The notes beneath the pieces were generated by a model. That model saw only the letters and a program-made list of their open reading frames with translations, searched no databases and was not told the DNA's origin. A stretch of DNA of 64,000 nt from assembly GCA_002269645.1 (NCBI GenBank), contig NIVC01000046.1:140106-204105 (forward strand). Reading direction: 5' to 3'. The translations under genes and the position numbers were made by a program. Of this stretch, positions 12,945 through 26,655 are shown one piece after another (the first letter of the stretch is position 1; every line of letters begins with the position of its first letter). Origin of the DNA: Macrostomum lignano (lineage: Eukaryota).

Positions 12945-13300
12945 AGCCTCACAGCTTCATCCAGACCCACTGCTGAGCCTCACAACTTCATCCAGACCCA
13001 CTGCTGAGCCTCACAACTTCATCCAGACCCACTGCTGAGCCTCACAACTTCATCCAGACCCACTGCTGAGCCTCACAGCTTCATCCAGACCCACTGCTGA
13101 GCCTCACAGCTTCATCCAGACCCACTGCTGAGCCTCACAACTTCATCCAGACCCACTGCGCTGAGCCTCACAGCTTCATCCAGACCCACTGCTGAGCCTC
13201 ACAGCTTCATCCAGACCCACTGCTGAGCCTCACAGCTTCATCCAGACCCACTGCTGAGCCTCACAGCTTCATCCAGACCCACTCAGCTTCACAGCTTTAT
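12945..13300. repeat. 31-bp minisatellite, about 11 copies
   Basis: Unit gctgagcctcacagcttcatccagacccact. Confidence 0.95.
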
Positions 13301-13974
13301 CCAAGACCCACTCAACCTCACTACATGCTCGCCACTTCAGCGGGCACAGAATTTCAGCACGTCCGGCTCAAAGACGCGCGAAGACGCAACCCAGACAGTC
13401 GGAGCTGCGGTGGCAGGCGGCAGCGTACTGGAATTCAACGGCTACAATGCATAATCTACCAATACAAAATGCATTTCAAGTCGAAAATCCAGTTTGACCT
13501 TTGCAAAAGGCATGTTTTTGGAATACTCGCATTTAATCCCAACATAGCATCAAGCAATTTCTTTCTATGACTAGATGTATAGTCACAATGTATACCAATT
13601 GAAAAATTTCTGATCTGATTGATGAAAATCGACCTGTTCAGCTGTAAATTTTCTGAAATCATGAGTCACATTGATAGAAATACAAAACTCACAATAAAGA
13701 TCCCCAAAACGAGGAGAATTCAGGGAGCACATGCATTTCGGGATGAGAGAACTTTCATCCAAGACGGTTTAAGTTTAAACTTCATTGCAAGCTCGAGACC
13801 TCATACTGATAGCATACTGTGTACACCTATTCATATATACTTCCTTTAAATAAGCTCGAAACCTAAAGTCCATGCTCGAAAATTTTCATCGTGTTCTGAT
13901 TCTGTACTTCGATTCGAAATGCGAAATTTTGAACCGAGTGTGAAATTCACACCTCGCCAGGTAGACTTTGGCTA

Positions 13975-15232
13975 AGAGTCAGATATGGAAGTGAGAAGAG
14001 TCAGATATGGAAGTGAGAAGAGTCAGATATGGAAGTGAGAAGAGTCAGATATGGAAGTGAGAAGAGTCAGATATGGAAGTGAGAAGAGTCAGATATGGAA
14101 GTGAGAAGAGTCAGATATGGGAGAGAGAAGAGTCAGATATGGGAGAGAGAAGAGTCAGATATGGAAGTGAGAAGAGTCAGATATGGGAGAGAGAAGAGTC
14201 AGATATGGGAGAGAGAAGAGTCAATCTGGAAAACAGAGGAGTCAGATCTTGGAGAGAAGAGTCAGATCTTGGACAGAAGAGTCAGATCTTGGAGAGAAGA
14301 GTCAGATCTTGGACAGAAAAGAGTCATATCTTGGACAGAAGAGTCAGATCTTGGACAGAAAAGAGTCAGATCTTGGACAGAAAAGAGTCAGATCTTGGAG
14401 AGAAGAGTCAGATCTTGGAGAGAAGAGTCAGATCTTGGACAGAAAAGAGTCAGATCTTGGAGAGAAGAGTCAGATCTTGGAGAGAAGAGTCAGATATGGG
14501 AGAGAGAAGAGTCAGATATGGGAGAGAGAAGAGTCAATCTGGAAAACAGAGGAGTCAGATCTTGGAGAGAAGAGTCAGATCTTGGAGAGAAGAGTCAGAT
14601 CTTGGACAGAAGAGTCAGATCTTGGAGAGAAGAGTCAGATCTTGGAGAGAAGAGTCAGATCTTGGACAGAAGAGTCAGATCTTGGAGAGAAGAGTCAGAT
14701 CTGGGAGAGAAGAGTCAGATCTTGGACAGAAAAGAGTCATATCTTGGACAGAAGAGTCAGATCTTGGACAGAAAAGAGTCAGATCTTGGACAGAAAAGAG
14801 TCAGATCTTGGAGAGAAGAGTCAGATCTTGGAGAGAAAAGAGTCAGATCTTGGAGAGAAGAGTCAGATCTTGGAGAGAAGAGTCAGATATGGGAGAGAGA
14901 AGAGTCAGATATGGGAGAGAGAAGAGTCAATCTGGAAAACAGAGGAGTCAGATCTTGGAGAGAAGAGTCAGATCTTGGACAGAAGAGTCAGATCTTGGAG
15001 AGAAGAGTCAGATCTTGGAGAGAAGAGTCAGATCTTGGACAGAAGAGTCAGATCTTGGAGAGAAGAGTCAGATCTGGGAGAGAAGAGTCAGATCTTGGAC
15101 AGAAAAGAGTCATATCTTGGACAGAAGAGTCAGATCTTGGACAGAAAAGAGTCAGATCTTGGACAGAAAAGAGTCAGATCTTGGAGAGAAGAGTCAGATC
15201 TGGGACAGAAAAGAATCAGATCTTGGAGAGAA
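13975..15232. repeat. 20-22-bp satellite related to 10570-12022, with higher-order repeats
   Basis: gagtcagatatggaagtgagaa grading into gagtcagatcttggagagaa. Confidence 0.95.
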
Positions 15233-17725
15233 GTGTTATTGATATTGTCAAAGTTGAAGCAGCAATTTGACGAATCCAAATAAATCAAAAGACAAAGCAA
15301 ATAACGAATATTTTCTATTCAAACATAAGAAAGACAATAACACAGAGATAGTGGAGTCCCTACAGTGGGTGTGCGATGCATATATTTATAAAAATGTAGT
15401 TTATAATGTTGCAGCGTGCCATTATAACCTGTTGGCTACTGGTTTCCAGTTCTAAATGATGTATCGCACTATTTTCTCATTACTAATAAATAAAATATAA
15501 TAACACACAACAGTGCACACTTTGTCGGCATTGTTTTGTTTAAACACGATGAAAAAAAGATGTTAAACTTGTGCACAGCAATCAGTATCCGAGCGACCAC
15601 TACAGGTTAGAATAAATGACAAATATGCAGAATGGCTCGTGTATTCCTACATTAGTACAGCATGTACAGTACAGGCACCGGAGTGAGTCCAACTTGAAAC
15701 AGCAAATTGTTGGTTACCAATTTTGACAGATACATAGAGAGGAAAGAAATTGAAACCAAAGTTATTAGCAAAACTGGTTAAGCTCATGCTGTATAATATT
15801 TTTTTTTTCTATTCTAAATCTATATTTATAGTTATAATCAACTGATATTAGTTGTGTACCCCCACGACAGTAAGGAGTTGGACAACTAACACGTACAAAG
15901 GTGATTAAAAGCACCAAAGCAAACAATGAGTCCTAAGCCAAACAATTCCCCGATTCGAAATGACAAAATTAATGTTTATAAATGCGAACGATTCGCCTCG
16001 CTAATTATACTACTATTTCGAGTTGCCACTATAGTAGCATAGACAGAGTTTTGGTGCGAAGCTGCAAGAAAACAAAAGAAATTATTAATAAAAAACGCAA
16101 ACAGAAAAATTAGAGAAATTTAGCGCAACAACTACTTACTAATAAATAGTATGTGTAGTGCGCAATTATTCACAAATTTAACCGGACTCTTGACCGGCAA
16201 TGATACTTCATTATACAAATATAATTATTAAACTTTATCAATAATTTGGTTTGGCATATGGATATCGGTATTAGTAGTTATACATGTAGATAAATAACAG
16301 CAGATAAAGTTGGTAACGATTGGAATGGACTCAAAAAGCCGCGAATTGAAAAGCGCACAAAGTCAACACCATTGCCTACTTGAAGCTTCTTCATTCGTGT
16401 TATTCAAACATTTGTATGCAGTATAATATGTGTATGATTATGACAACCGGAACTGGGCAAAGTGAGTCAACTTAATGCATTAATCAGTTGGATTATGAAT
16501 ATAGGATTAATGACCATTAATTATTAGACAACACAATGGGCAAAGACACTAGACAAATGTATTTTTGAGCGGCAGGTGAGGTTTAGCTGAAGTACATTTT
16601 CAGTTAAAGAGACAATAACGACGCCCTTCCGAGAGTGAAGTTTCCACAAAGTTGACGAAGAAATGCAATTTCTGGCTGCCTAAAATCAGATCAGAGCTTA
16701 CTGGCTAAACAGGTGGTTCAGTTATGCTAAGAGTGCTTGAAAATCATTGACAAACACATCAACACAAACATTACACAATGCCGTTTGCAAACAAACAAAT
16801 GTAACCAAATAAATAAAGTTTAAGGATTAAGGAGGCTAGTGTATAAGAGAAGACAGTAAGAATGCGAGACAAAAGCTAATATGTCAAAGGTAATTATTTA
16901 AATTTTGATTATAGGGGTTATACTAAATATAACTACTATTCCAAGTCGGTGTTGAACAGCAATGATCTTACAGGCTTCAGTAACCATAATAATAATATTA
17001 TTATTAATTATGTAGAAATACAACAGTAGAAAGTAAAAAGTAAACATACACAAATAACTGGCAACAGTACAAATTTAAAGGTACTAAGTATAATTGTATA
17101 TGAAATCCAGGTGCAATTGTGTGCATCTTATACAATAAGTTGAGTCATAGACTCATAACAGTGAAATTTTATTTATTTTTATAATTTTTTTCTCTCTAAA
17201 CAATTCACTGACAGGGTTAAACTCAAATAAAAATTGAATTCAATGACAGATTTTTGAGGAGAGAAGCGGACAGACAGGAGCCCCAGACCACGGAGGCAAA
17301 AACTAAGACTTTTACTAATTTAATAGTCTTTCTTACTTACCATAGTTTCAACCATAAACTACATTAGCAGTTTACATTAGCTGTTCAACTCGCTTAATAC
17401 AGTAGAACTAAATAGGTAAATATAAATAAATAAATAAATGCAAAGTTATAATTGTGTTCAATATTTTCGAATTTCGATAGATAGATAAAAATACATCAGC
17501 CTATTGGACGTTATATTATAAATGAAGATTTCTGTTCTTACTCTGAAATTAACCGGGAGTTCATATAGATTATACTTGCCTTTAAAAAGGATGAGGATCC
17601 AAGAAGCAGCCAGAAATGGAGACTGAAACAGTGTTTGAAGACAAACAAGAGCAAGATAGAGACAGACTTTTTTACGACGCCCAGCGTCAATAATCGATTA
17701 GAATTTTTGTTAGTTGATCCTAGAA

Positions 17726-19225
17726 TTATCCAACAGTGCCATTGTTTGAGGTGGCGGCCAGCTCGTAGGCTGGCAGTCGCAGATCGAACAAAGGATCTTC
17801 TTCCACCAGTTCGCCAGAGTGGGCGCACACGGTGGCTGGCGGAGCGTCTGGCAGCTCAAGGCCAGACTGACGGGCCTCCCAGCCGGACAGGTAGGCGTCC
17901 ACACCTGGCGGCCCGGACAGCCTGTCAATCAGCAGGCGCCCGCCGCGGCCCAGCCGCAAACCGACATAGGCCGCTAAGGGTCGGCAATGACGCGAGCCGG
18001 CCGAGGAAGACAGATGACAGGAGGATGCAGATGCTGTTGACGACTCGGAGCCAACAACGCAGGGCAGTCGGGTCAGGCTGAACATTCGGCGTCCGTAGAC
18101 GCCAGCGAAAGCCGATCTGGGCTGAGTCCCCGACGGTGGCAACGCTGCAGAGTCTTCAGCGTCGGTCAACGGCTTGGCTGGCGCGTACACCGCGCCAACC
18201 CGACGCCTGCACCAGACAAATCGACCGCCGTTGTCACCGCCAGGCAGTAGAGAATCATCGTCGACAAACAAGGGAGGAGCGGCGGAGGCGGCGGCTTCAG
18301 CGGCTGCAACTTCGGGCGGAGTTGGCAACGGTGGCGGCCGCCTCCTCGCCCGCTTGGCTGTGGAGCCGCGTTGATGCGCCGCTGACTGTTGATGCTGTTG
18401 CTGATGGTGATTCAATTGATGCTGCTGCTGCCAGGATGAGGAAGCGGCCGCTGCTGATGCTGCTGCTGCAGACTTTTTAGCGGCAGCAGCGGCCGCGGCA
18501 GCAACGGCGGCAGCCTGCAGCTGGCTGGCGTCAAAATCGCGAGCCGACCAGCGACGTTGGAAGACGCGCAGTTCGGTGTCTAACAGAGCGGATTTGGTCT
18601 CCTCGCGCCTGACCAGCAGTTCAATGAGGGAACAGGCCCGGTCCATGTCGCGGCGAAGGCGCAGCATCTTCTCATAGCTGGCCTCGTCATTTTTCCTGTG
18701 CTTTCTAGTCTGCATCTTCTCTGTACGGCGCCGGAACGCCACATACGGGTCATTGTTCGACGAGCCGTCTCTCCGATCGGCTTTGATAGCCAGACTCAAC
18801 CGTTGGCCGTGCTTAAGCCGCTTAGCTAGCCAATAATCGTACACGGCTGTAGTTAATCCGTCATCTTTTTTCAACAGAGCCTTGGCCTCATTCAAGCTGA
18901 CAACAGTGTGATCGCTGTGCCGTTCCAACTGTTCCAGCATTCGTTCCAGATCGATTGGTGGCAAGCTGAGCTTCGAGGCTGATAGCCAGGCCTCGTCCTC
19001 GCTGTCCAGATCGTAATCTGGTGTTTCATTATCGCCGTGATCCAAGGAGAACGCCTGCACGCGGATGTACTGCTTAGGCATGCGGAATGTGCCCTCGCGG
19101 CACAGTGCGTGGTACAAACTCTTAAACTTGTTGGCATTCTCGTCAATCTCGGGTATGGGGATGGCGTGAAGATCTGTTGACTTGAACTGCTGCTGGGCGA
19201 ACAGTGCCTCTTGAAGATGGTGTTC
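17726..19225 (-). CDS. EPC1: Enhancer of polycomb homolog, exon 2 (last)
   Basis: gaacag|GAA CAC CAT (EHHLQ); PDYDLDSEDEAW, DPYVAFRRRTEKMQTRKHRKNDEASYEKMLRLRRD and LGRGGRLLIDR match EPC1/2 EPcA and EPcB; TAA at 17726-17728. Confidence 0.97.
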   Translation of the reverse strand, partial: EHHLQEALFAQQQFKSTDLHAIPIPEIDENANKFKSLYHALCREGTFRMPKQYIRVQAFSLDHGDNETPDYDLDSEDEAWLSASKLSLPPIDLERMLEQLERHSDHTVVSLNEAKALLKKDDGLTTAVYDYWLAKRLKHGQRLSLAIKADRRDGSSNNDPYVAFRRRTEKMQTRKHRKNDEASYEKMLRLRRDMDRACSLIELLVRREETKSALLDTELRVFQRRWSARDFDASQLQAAAVAAAAAAAAKKSAAAASAAAASSSWQQQHQLNHHQQQHQQSAAHQRGSTAKRARRRPPPLPTPPEVAAAEAAASAAPPLFVDDDSLLPGGDNGGRFVWCRRRVGAVYAPAKPLTDAEDSAALPPSGTQPRSAFAGVYGRRMFSLTRLPCVVGSESSTASASSCHLSSSAGSRHCRPLAAYVGLRLGRGGRLLIDRLSGPPGVDAYLSGWEARQSGLELPDAPPATVCAHSGELVEEDPLFDLRLPAYELAATSNNGTVG

Positions 19226-19744
19226 CTGTTCGGGTGAAAGTTGGGTAAGGTGAGTTGACGCTGAGACAGGCACAAGGGATGAAAGCTTTTCAAGTACTTT
19301 TGATTTTGATTAACTGTTAAATATTGCAATCATTTCTGATTGGTGAATATGAAATTTCCAACATGTCTTATTTATGTTACAACTTAGATTCTTGAAAGTT
19401 ATTTTATAGTAGCATCTAATCTTCAAGATCAAATAAATCCCAGTTTTGATCTGGAAATCTATCTATAAGGCAATCGATTTTTTATCAGAGGTGGGGAGCT
19501 GTGTGCACTCTGGTGCACTCTGCCCATTCTTCCAATCCCATTATACATATACAGTCAAACATAGGCACATACATGTAAGTTGCTATTGGACAATAGTAGT
19601 CACATGACTGCTTTCAGCCAATAGTGACTTACATGTATGTGTTGCCAATAGAAAAGGCCAAGTGAATCCCAAGGTTGCGCATGTATGCTCACATAGAAAT
19701 ATAGAGCCACCTTAACTAGGTAACTAGGCAGCAGCTACAATATC

Positions 19745-19920
19745 TTTTCGTCTTTTTGTGGTTGGCTTTTAAGTATCAATAGCATTAATTGTATAAGCAG
19801 ACCTAAGCCAAGACTCAAATTTAGTTATAATTAAATTAATTAATGCTATTGCACTTGGATTTGGGTCTAGCCTGCTAGGATATAAGAGTACTACAGAATA
19901 CTACTAGGCTATAGCCTCCT
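19745..19920 (-). mobile_element. Degenerate copy of SINE family B in EPC intron
   Basis: ttaattgtataagcag..aagccaaga..tgcacttgga aligns with 35800-35880. Confidence 0.55.
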
Positions 19921-22023
19921 ATTTATTATTGCATAAAAAACCTAGCCTAGGTTTTTGCTAGTACTTGCACTTGCATCAAAGGTCTAATTTTAAGATATGA
20001 TTTTTTAAGTCAATATGCTAGAGCATAAGCATAATTATCTTGATTAGTACTAAGATCTTTAGTTAATTTGTTGGTATTTTAAAGATTTTAAAGTCTATTC
20101 AATTCAGTCATTCAATAATTTTTATCTAGATACACATAGCAATATTGGCTAACAAATGAGGAACATGGCTTAGCTTAAGAAACCAGTCAACTACTTTGTT
20201 GCTCTTAATCACACTTGGTCTCTAACCTAACCGTAACTGCTATTACCTTGTCCCAATTTTCCTTGACCTACCTTTACTTTGCCTAAATTTGCTCTGACCC
20301 AGGCTAAATTTGCTTGTTATTTTCAGTAAAAAGCTATCTTTCTAACTATGGCTCTAATAAGGCATTAATATTAATTAAAAAACCAATTGGTTGGGAACCA
20401 GTTTCTTTTATTATATGGCCTAGGTTGCTACGAAAAGAATAAACAAACCAATTATTAGTATGGCACTATATAGATAATATCTTTATCATGGCAATGGTAA
20501 CAATTATAAAAAAGTTAACATTGTTAAAACAAAACAATGTAGCTTATTCAATGATTATGTCTATTTAGATGAAAATAAACTGTTCTTTGTAAATCAATAT
20601 TATAGTTATACTTTATTTTTTAATCTATTAATATCACAAATAATGACAGGCTAGGCCCCTATTATTAGAGCCAACCAACTATTTAGTTAGACTTGCTTTA
20701 AAGCTAAATATTATTGGCTATATTTTACTTTGAATTATATCGCATTTTTAGAATATAACTAATAACATTATCATTAGCCTCCCTCCCCCTAGCCCTATAA
20801 GATAAAGTTGTAAAACTGCAGACAGCATTTGGCATTCTTTTGAAATTTTTTTAAATGCAATACATACAAGTACGCAGCACTTGCACGCGCACACTGCCCT
20901 TTTTCTACTGGCTGCTACTCCAACAAATAAATATACATGGAAAAGGGCCTAATACACTCATCATTTATAATGCTTAGAGTTGTTCTAAAATTTTGATTTT
21001 CTAAAGTTTAGAATTATAAAGAAAAAATTTTGATTTTGAAAAATTTAGAAATCAAAATTTTGGAAGTGTTTAAAAAATTAGCTAAAAATAAACTAATTTC
21101 TAACTACATATACATGTATTTAGTTTTGCATAAGCAAACCAAAAGCAAAATATGAGTGTTGGTCATATTAAACTATTTTTCTAAATTTTGTTTTTGGAAA
21201 ATTTCAATTTCAGAAAGTTAGCAAATTTTAATTTTGATAGATTGCAATCAACAATTTTGCATAAATTGTTTTTACAAACTGTCTTTGATAATGCTAAAGC
21301 AAGATAAAATAATTTGACCTTACTTTATTCTAAAGCGCGCATCTATAGATTTTCAACATTTATTCTAATAGGGCCCCCTAGTACCTGCTAATATATCACC
21401 CAGTGAATAAAAATGATTAAAGTTTATTAGGACTAAGTTAATTGTTAATTCTCTTGAGTTTAATTTAAAATAAGATAGATTAATATCATCATATTGCGAT
21501 AATGATAACATACCTGATTTTTTTAGTCATGACCAAATCCTTTAAACTTTTTTAGAAATGTCTAAGGTGTATAAGACTGTTAGACAGAATTAAATGTAGT
21601 AATGACCAAATTTAATTGGAGAAAAGTTCTGTAGTGAACTATAGGTCATTTGACATAACAATTGAGTGAATAGATTTTTTATCTAAAAGAAAAAATTGCA
21701 GAAGGCACAATATTATAGGACACTGAAGGAATAATGTTTTTGACAAACTTCAAAGCCACCAAGAACTTATGCAGAAAACAGGCAAGCTATTGAACACCAA
21801 ACATCAAAATCGTTTTTATTTTGCTTTAAATAAGTGCCACAAACACAATGTACACGTCTGACTTAGACGGATCTACTTTGTTTTAGACTAAGTATATTTC
21901 CAATTAAAATATTAGGACTTATTACGCGCTGGTGCATGCAAAACTAATAATAAGTCCTAATAAATATTAAAATGCCATCAAAAGTCATGGAATAATAAGA
22001 ATTGTACATAAGCAAAGTAGTAC

Positions 22024-22176
22024 CGTTTCTTCGTCCTTCTCCATGCCAGAAGGCAGAAGAGGCACAGATCGGCTGATTGATGCATAGTCGGAGAGATCTG
22101 GGATTTCATGGTCAAAATGCAGTTGCAGAGGTCGATTGGAGTCTAAAGCTCTGGCTCGAAACGAGACTTTGCTCAT
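22024..22176 (-). CDS. EPC1: Enhancer of polycomb homolog, exon 1
   Basis: MSKVSFRARALDSNRPL...YASISRSVPLLPSGMEKDEET|gtacta versus EPC1 MSKLSFRARALD...MEKEEES; phase 0; total CDS 550 aa. Confidence 0.96.
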
Positions 22177-25100
22177 AATGTACTTTCCGCAACCTCCCAG
22201 TGTCGAACGTTGGCAGTTGCTGCCAGTTGAGAGTTGCAAAGAATAGCAAAAAGGACATGAAATCCACGAATCTCTTTACATAGCAGAAATACACGGTTGA
22301 TTTGATGAATAAAGGCTGAGATGATTCCAGACGTCGGTCAAAATTTAATTCGTAGAGTGGTCTTCGTTGCACACGGGCGCTGACAGAATTTCTGACTGGC
22401 GATGAAACGGAGAATTTTTTGACGCTTTTTCCCTCCGATTTTATTATATACTACGCGTGTGCAAGAATATCAGTGGCGTGAATTTGGTTCAGTAGTATAG
22501 TGCGTGTAGCTGCATGTATGAAGTTGTATTTAAAACCTAACCGCATATAGAAAAAGAAACAGAAAGAACAGACTGAACAGTTGAGTATGATGGACATTGA
22601 TGGTTAAGTATTTAAGAATGTAAAGTAGAAATTCAAAAGCTAGAGAATATAAAGAATCTTTAGTTTTATCTGTATGCATTACGTAGAATATATTAGAATT
22701 TCCATGACAAAGTAGTGCCATTTATGGAGACCTAACATGGAAAACAAGGATGAATCAATTGAATTGGTTTTCACTTGACTTATATTTTTTCTCTTTAAAT
22801 GAACGGAAACCTGAATATACACGTTAAATATATACTAAACAAATCGACCTTCAATTGTCCTTTCCATTCAATTGGGTACATTAAAAACGTTTGCATTTCA
22901 GTAGTAGTATAAGGCATTCGCTTTTGTAATTTGCGAATGTGTTAGTCTTGCGTTAGTCAGCAAGCCCACACGGGCCCCTCGTTAAAAGGCCTGGATAGCC
23001 CCATTTATTCTTTCACTATATTGAATCCCTACGTTCTTTAACAAACAAATCTGCAACCTCCACCTCCAGGGCCCAACCCCTTAAGTCTTACTGGCTTAGT
23101 TAAGCGATGTAACAAAGAGGTTTTGCTGCCTAATAATCTGGACCGTTGGTTCTCTATTAGTGGCTTGGTTTAGTAAGTCAAAGTGAGTAGTATATTCTTG
23201 CCAACATTCTTTCAGTTGGAGTAAAGCAGCACACTTGAGCTCTGCTTTTGCTTTCGCAGCTGTTGGGGGAACTTGAAGCTACTTGGTGTAAATTTTGGCG
23301 ACACAAGAGGGACTTTAGATTTTAGGTCTATTCCTACCGCATATTTACCTTACTACTAAATATCATAACTCTGATAATTGTAAAAAATGAAGATTGAAAA
23401 TTTTAATGGTGGGCCGTCTGGAGAGGTCATGACCCCCCATTGACTCCCACCTAAAGTCTAGGATCATGAGTAGCACCAAAACTCTAACTATAGCAACACG
23501 GATTCGACCTGTTAGTGAGTCAGGAAATTCAGTGATAAATTGTCACTCTTTGAACCAAATTCTGCTTCGTGGGTCTCAATCCAGAGATAAAGAGAGCTGC
23601 TAGCGCACGTACCGCACACATGTAAGCCTACAAAACAAGCAATACAGCTGAATACAGAGACCGAGTTGCAGTTTAGTAGGAGGTTCTTATCTAAAAAAGT
23701 TATGCCGAGTACACTGTAAGGTGTATGAAATGGACTATGGACTAGTGTGAACTTTCCATATCATACACCTGTTGGCCACAATCCAAAGGCATTTTCATAC
23801 ACCAGCTTATATCACCACCGGCTGCCAAATAAGGTTAAAGATCAATGAAATTCGAACCCAACTAAGATAACTACACTACACTTAGTTGTCTCACTGCTGG
23901 GGCAGTGTACACAAGTACATGTACATCTACATGCCAGAAAATTCAAACACAGACGACAAAAAGACAGAAATACGAATTGATCAAATTTGATTTTTTTCGC
24001 TTTGCTTGCGTGTGTGAAGTGAAAGTGATCTAATGTAATAATTATATATATTTGATTACACAAATACAGGCATATAGATACGAGTTGTGTTGCAAAAGTT
24101 CCCCAAAAATTGACAGAAACTTTAGCCACAACTCTGCAAATCTGCACTATTGAATGGATAATGAATTAGCTCTTATAAAACTTGTGCTTAAAACAAATAA
24201 AATTCTGTTAAAAGTTTTACTCAGCACTTCGAATCGTTCCTTTGTGCAATTTAACAATCTAATAGAGCAGATATGCAAGAGTTGTAGGCTAAAAGGTCAC
24301 CTCAGTAGGACATTTGTGTCGAAACACGCAAAGTGCAAAAACTTTGCAACACCACTCGTAGTTAAATAATAGTTTTTCACAGACTAATATAATATTAATA
24401 CGCCATATTTTTAAGGGAAAGCAGAAAAAAGAAAAGAAACAAACAAACAAAACATAAATTCACACGCGCCGCCTGCACTCTGTGTGTTGTGTGTCGCATT
24501 GGCTAGCATAAACTGTCTGCAATAACCGAAAATTCAATCAATTTGAGAAAATATTGAATAAACAATTCAGAGATGAGAACAGACAAACTCAAACAACAAG
24601 ATAACGCGGAAAATTTTTGTTATAGAAATCGTTAATTTAAATTTACAAGCTACATAACGAGTTGATAATTACTATAACTTTTTCGCTATCTAAAGACAGT
24701 TAACCCAAGCAAAAATGCACACGTATTGCAATTTTCACACAAAAAACAACAAAAAAGAACATTGAACATATATAATCGCTTTGATTTTTTTGCAGATATA
24801 ATAAATTCCATCGTGCCTATAAAATGACATTACAAATTATTAACAATTTGTAACAACTTACATTTTATTAAATTGTTTAAATTAATCAATCATTTCTTCT
24901 CCATCCAGACAATCGAAAAAAAACCGCACGTGAAAGCAAAAACAACAGCGCGCACAACTACATGGTGTAATTAAAGTTTGTGCAAAATTTATTACTTTTC
25001 CACAAGCAATAGAAAAATAACAGGAAACGGAGACGTGAGAGAGAGAGGAAGAAAAAACAAAAAGACGAGACAAAAAAGCAAATCAAAATCAGATTCTGCA

Positions 25101-25465
25101 ACAATAAAAAAGTCAATTTGACGTACTATTAGTAATTTTGTTTAATTAACGCATTTTCACGGTAAGGCCGGTCGAGATGAAAAAAGCCAAATACATCAGT
25201 GAGCAGTAGTGTATTTAGTAGTATAACCAGAGTGCTGCTAGAAAATGTTATTCATATGGCGTATTATTTTATAACACAAACTATGGCACTGAAGTGAGGC
25301 CGATTTTAGCAAATGACAATGATAAATATGCTTTGATTTTCAACCATGCACTTTACTACAAAACAAGTTAAACTGATTATTATTTTATTATACATAAGAA
25401 CATTTTTTCAGAGAATAGACAAAACATTGAGATGCAGAATTACCTAACATTCTACTTTTGAAGAC

Positions 25466-26010
25466 TTGTGTCTGTCTTAAAGCCTGTCTCAGTGTCTGTC
25501 TTAGAGCCTGTCTCAGTGTCTGTCTTAGAGCCTGTCTCAGTGTCTGTCTTAGAGCCTGTCTCAGTGTCTGTCTTAAAGCCTGTCTCAGTGTCTGTCTTAG
25601 AGCCTGTCTCAGTGTCTGTTTTAGTGTCTGTCTCAGTGTCTGTCTCAGTGTCTGTTTTAGTGTCTGTCTCAGTGTCTGTCTCAGTGTCTGTTTTAGTGTC
25701 TGTCTTAGTGTCTGTCTCAGTGTCTGTCTCAGTGTCTGTTTTAGTGTCTGTTTTAGTGTCTGTCTCAGTGTCTGTCTCAGTGTCTGTTTTAGTGTCTGTC
25801 TCAGTGTCTGTCTCAGTGTCTGTTTTAGTGTCTGTCTTAGTGTCTGTCTCAGTGTCTGTCTCAGTGTCTGTCTCAGTGTCTATCTCAGTGTCTGTCTCAG
25901 TGTCTGTCTCAGTGTCTGTCTCAGTGTCTGTCTTAGTGTCTGTCTCAGTGTCTGTCTCAGTGTCTGTCTCAGTGTCTATCTCAGTGTCTGTCTCAGTGTC
26001 TGTTTCAGTG
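25466..26010. repeat. 12-bp (partly 24-bp) minisatellite
   Basis: Unit tgtctcagtgtc. Confidence 0.95.
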
Positions 26011-26567
26011 TCCTTCTTAAAGTTGGTCTTGCTGTCTGTCTGTCTGTCTGTCTTAGTTGCAGTCAAAGTTTATTCCTTTTATGATAACACATAATATATA
26101 ATAAATATGTCTATTTTTTATAGATAGAACAGATTAGACAAAGCAAAAAACTACCTGTATGCATGTGATTGGAATAGCGTATTAAGTTCCGTTAGGCTTA
26201 CAGCATTACACATGTTTACATTATATATATATATATAGAGGATACAAAAAGCTTTCAGAAAATTTCGAAACGCAATAACAAACTATAATATGAAGCATTT
26301 AGTCTAAACAGGAATTAAAATGAGGAAGTGAGTGCAGCAGAGGCCGAGTCGGACTTTTGTAGGTCAGGGGGAGAATTCGCACACGGAAAACTCGCCAGAG
26401 GCAGTTAAATTTCTAATCTTTCTCAACCCAATTCATTAGGTCGCCAAGCTGCCATTCTGAAAATAAATAGCGATATTTCTACATTTCTACTGACACGAGT
26501 AGTGTAGGTTGAATAATGAAAAATACAATAATTTCACTACGAAGGGAACGGTTTGTTAGACTTTTAG

Positions 26568-26568
26568 C

Positions 26569-26611
<43 letters not shown>

Positions 26612-26625
26612 GTCTGTCAGTCTGT
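26568..26625. repeat. (TCTG)n microsatellite
   Basis: Direct reading. Confidence 0.9.
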
Positions 26626-26655
26626 CAGCCCCAGCACTCACCGCAGGCCAGTCAG

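Noticed and set aside
14073-15283. Long ORFs of 366-391 aa in three frames (also 8375-9166, 25452-26094, 30534-31408, 39263-39793, 4414-4737, 56583-56969)
   Set aside because: They are translations of stop-free tandem repeats, open in several frames, with no splice or domain support.
17538-18480. Antisense and alternative-frame ORFs over EPC, MBD5/6 and RGS22-like exons
   Set aside because: Expected shadows of GC-rich coding sequence.
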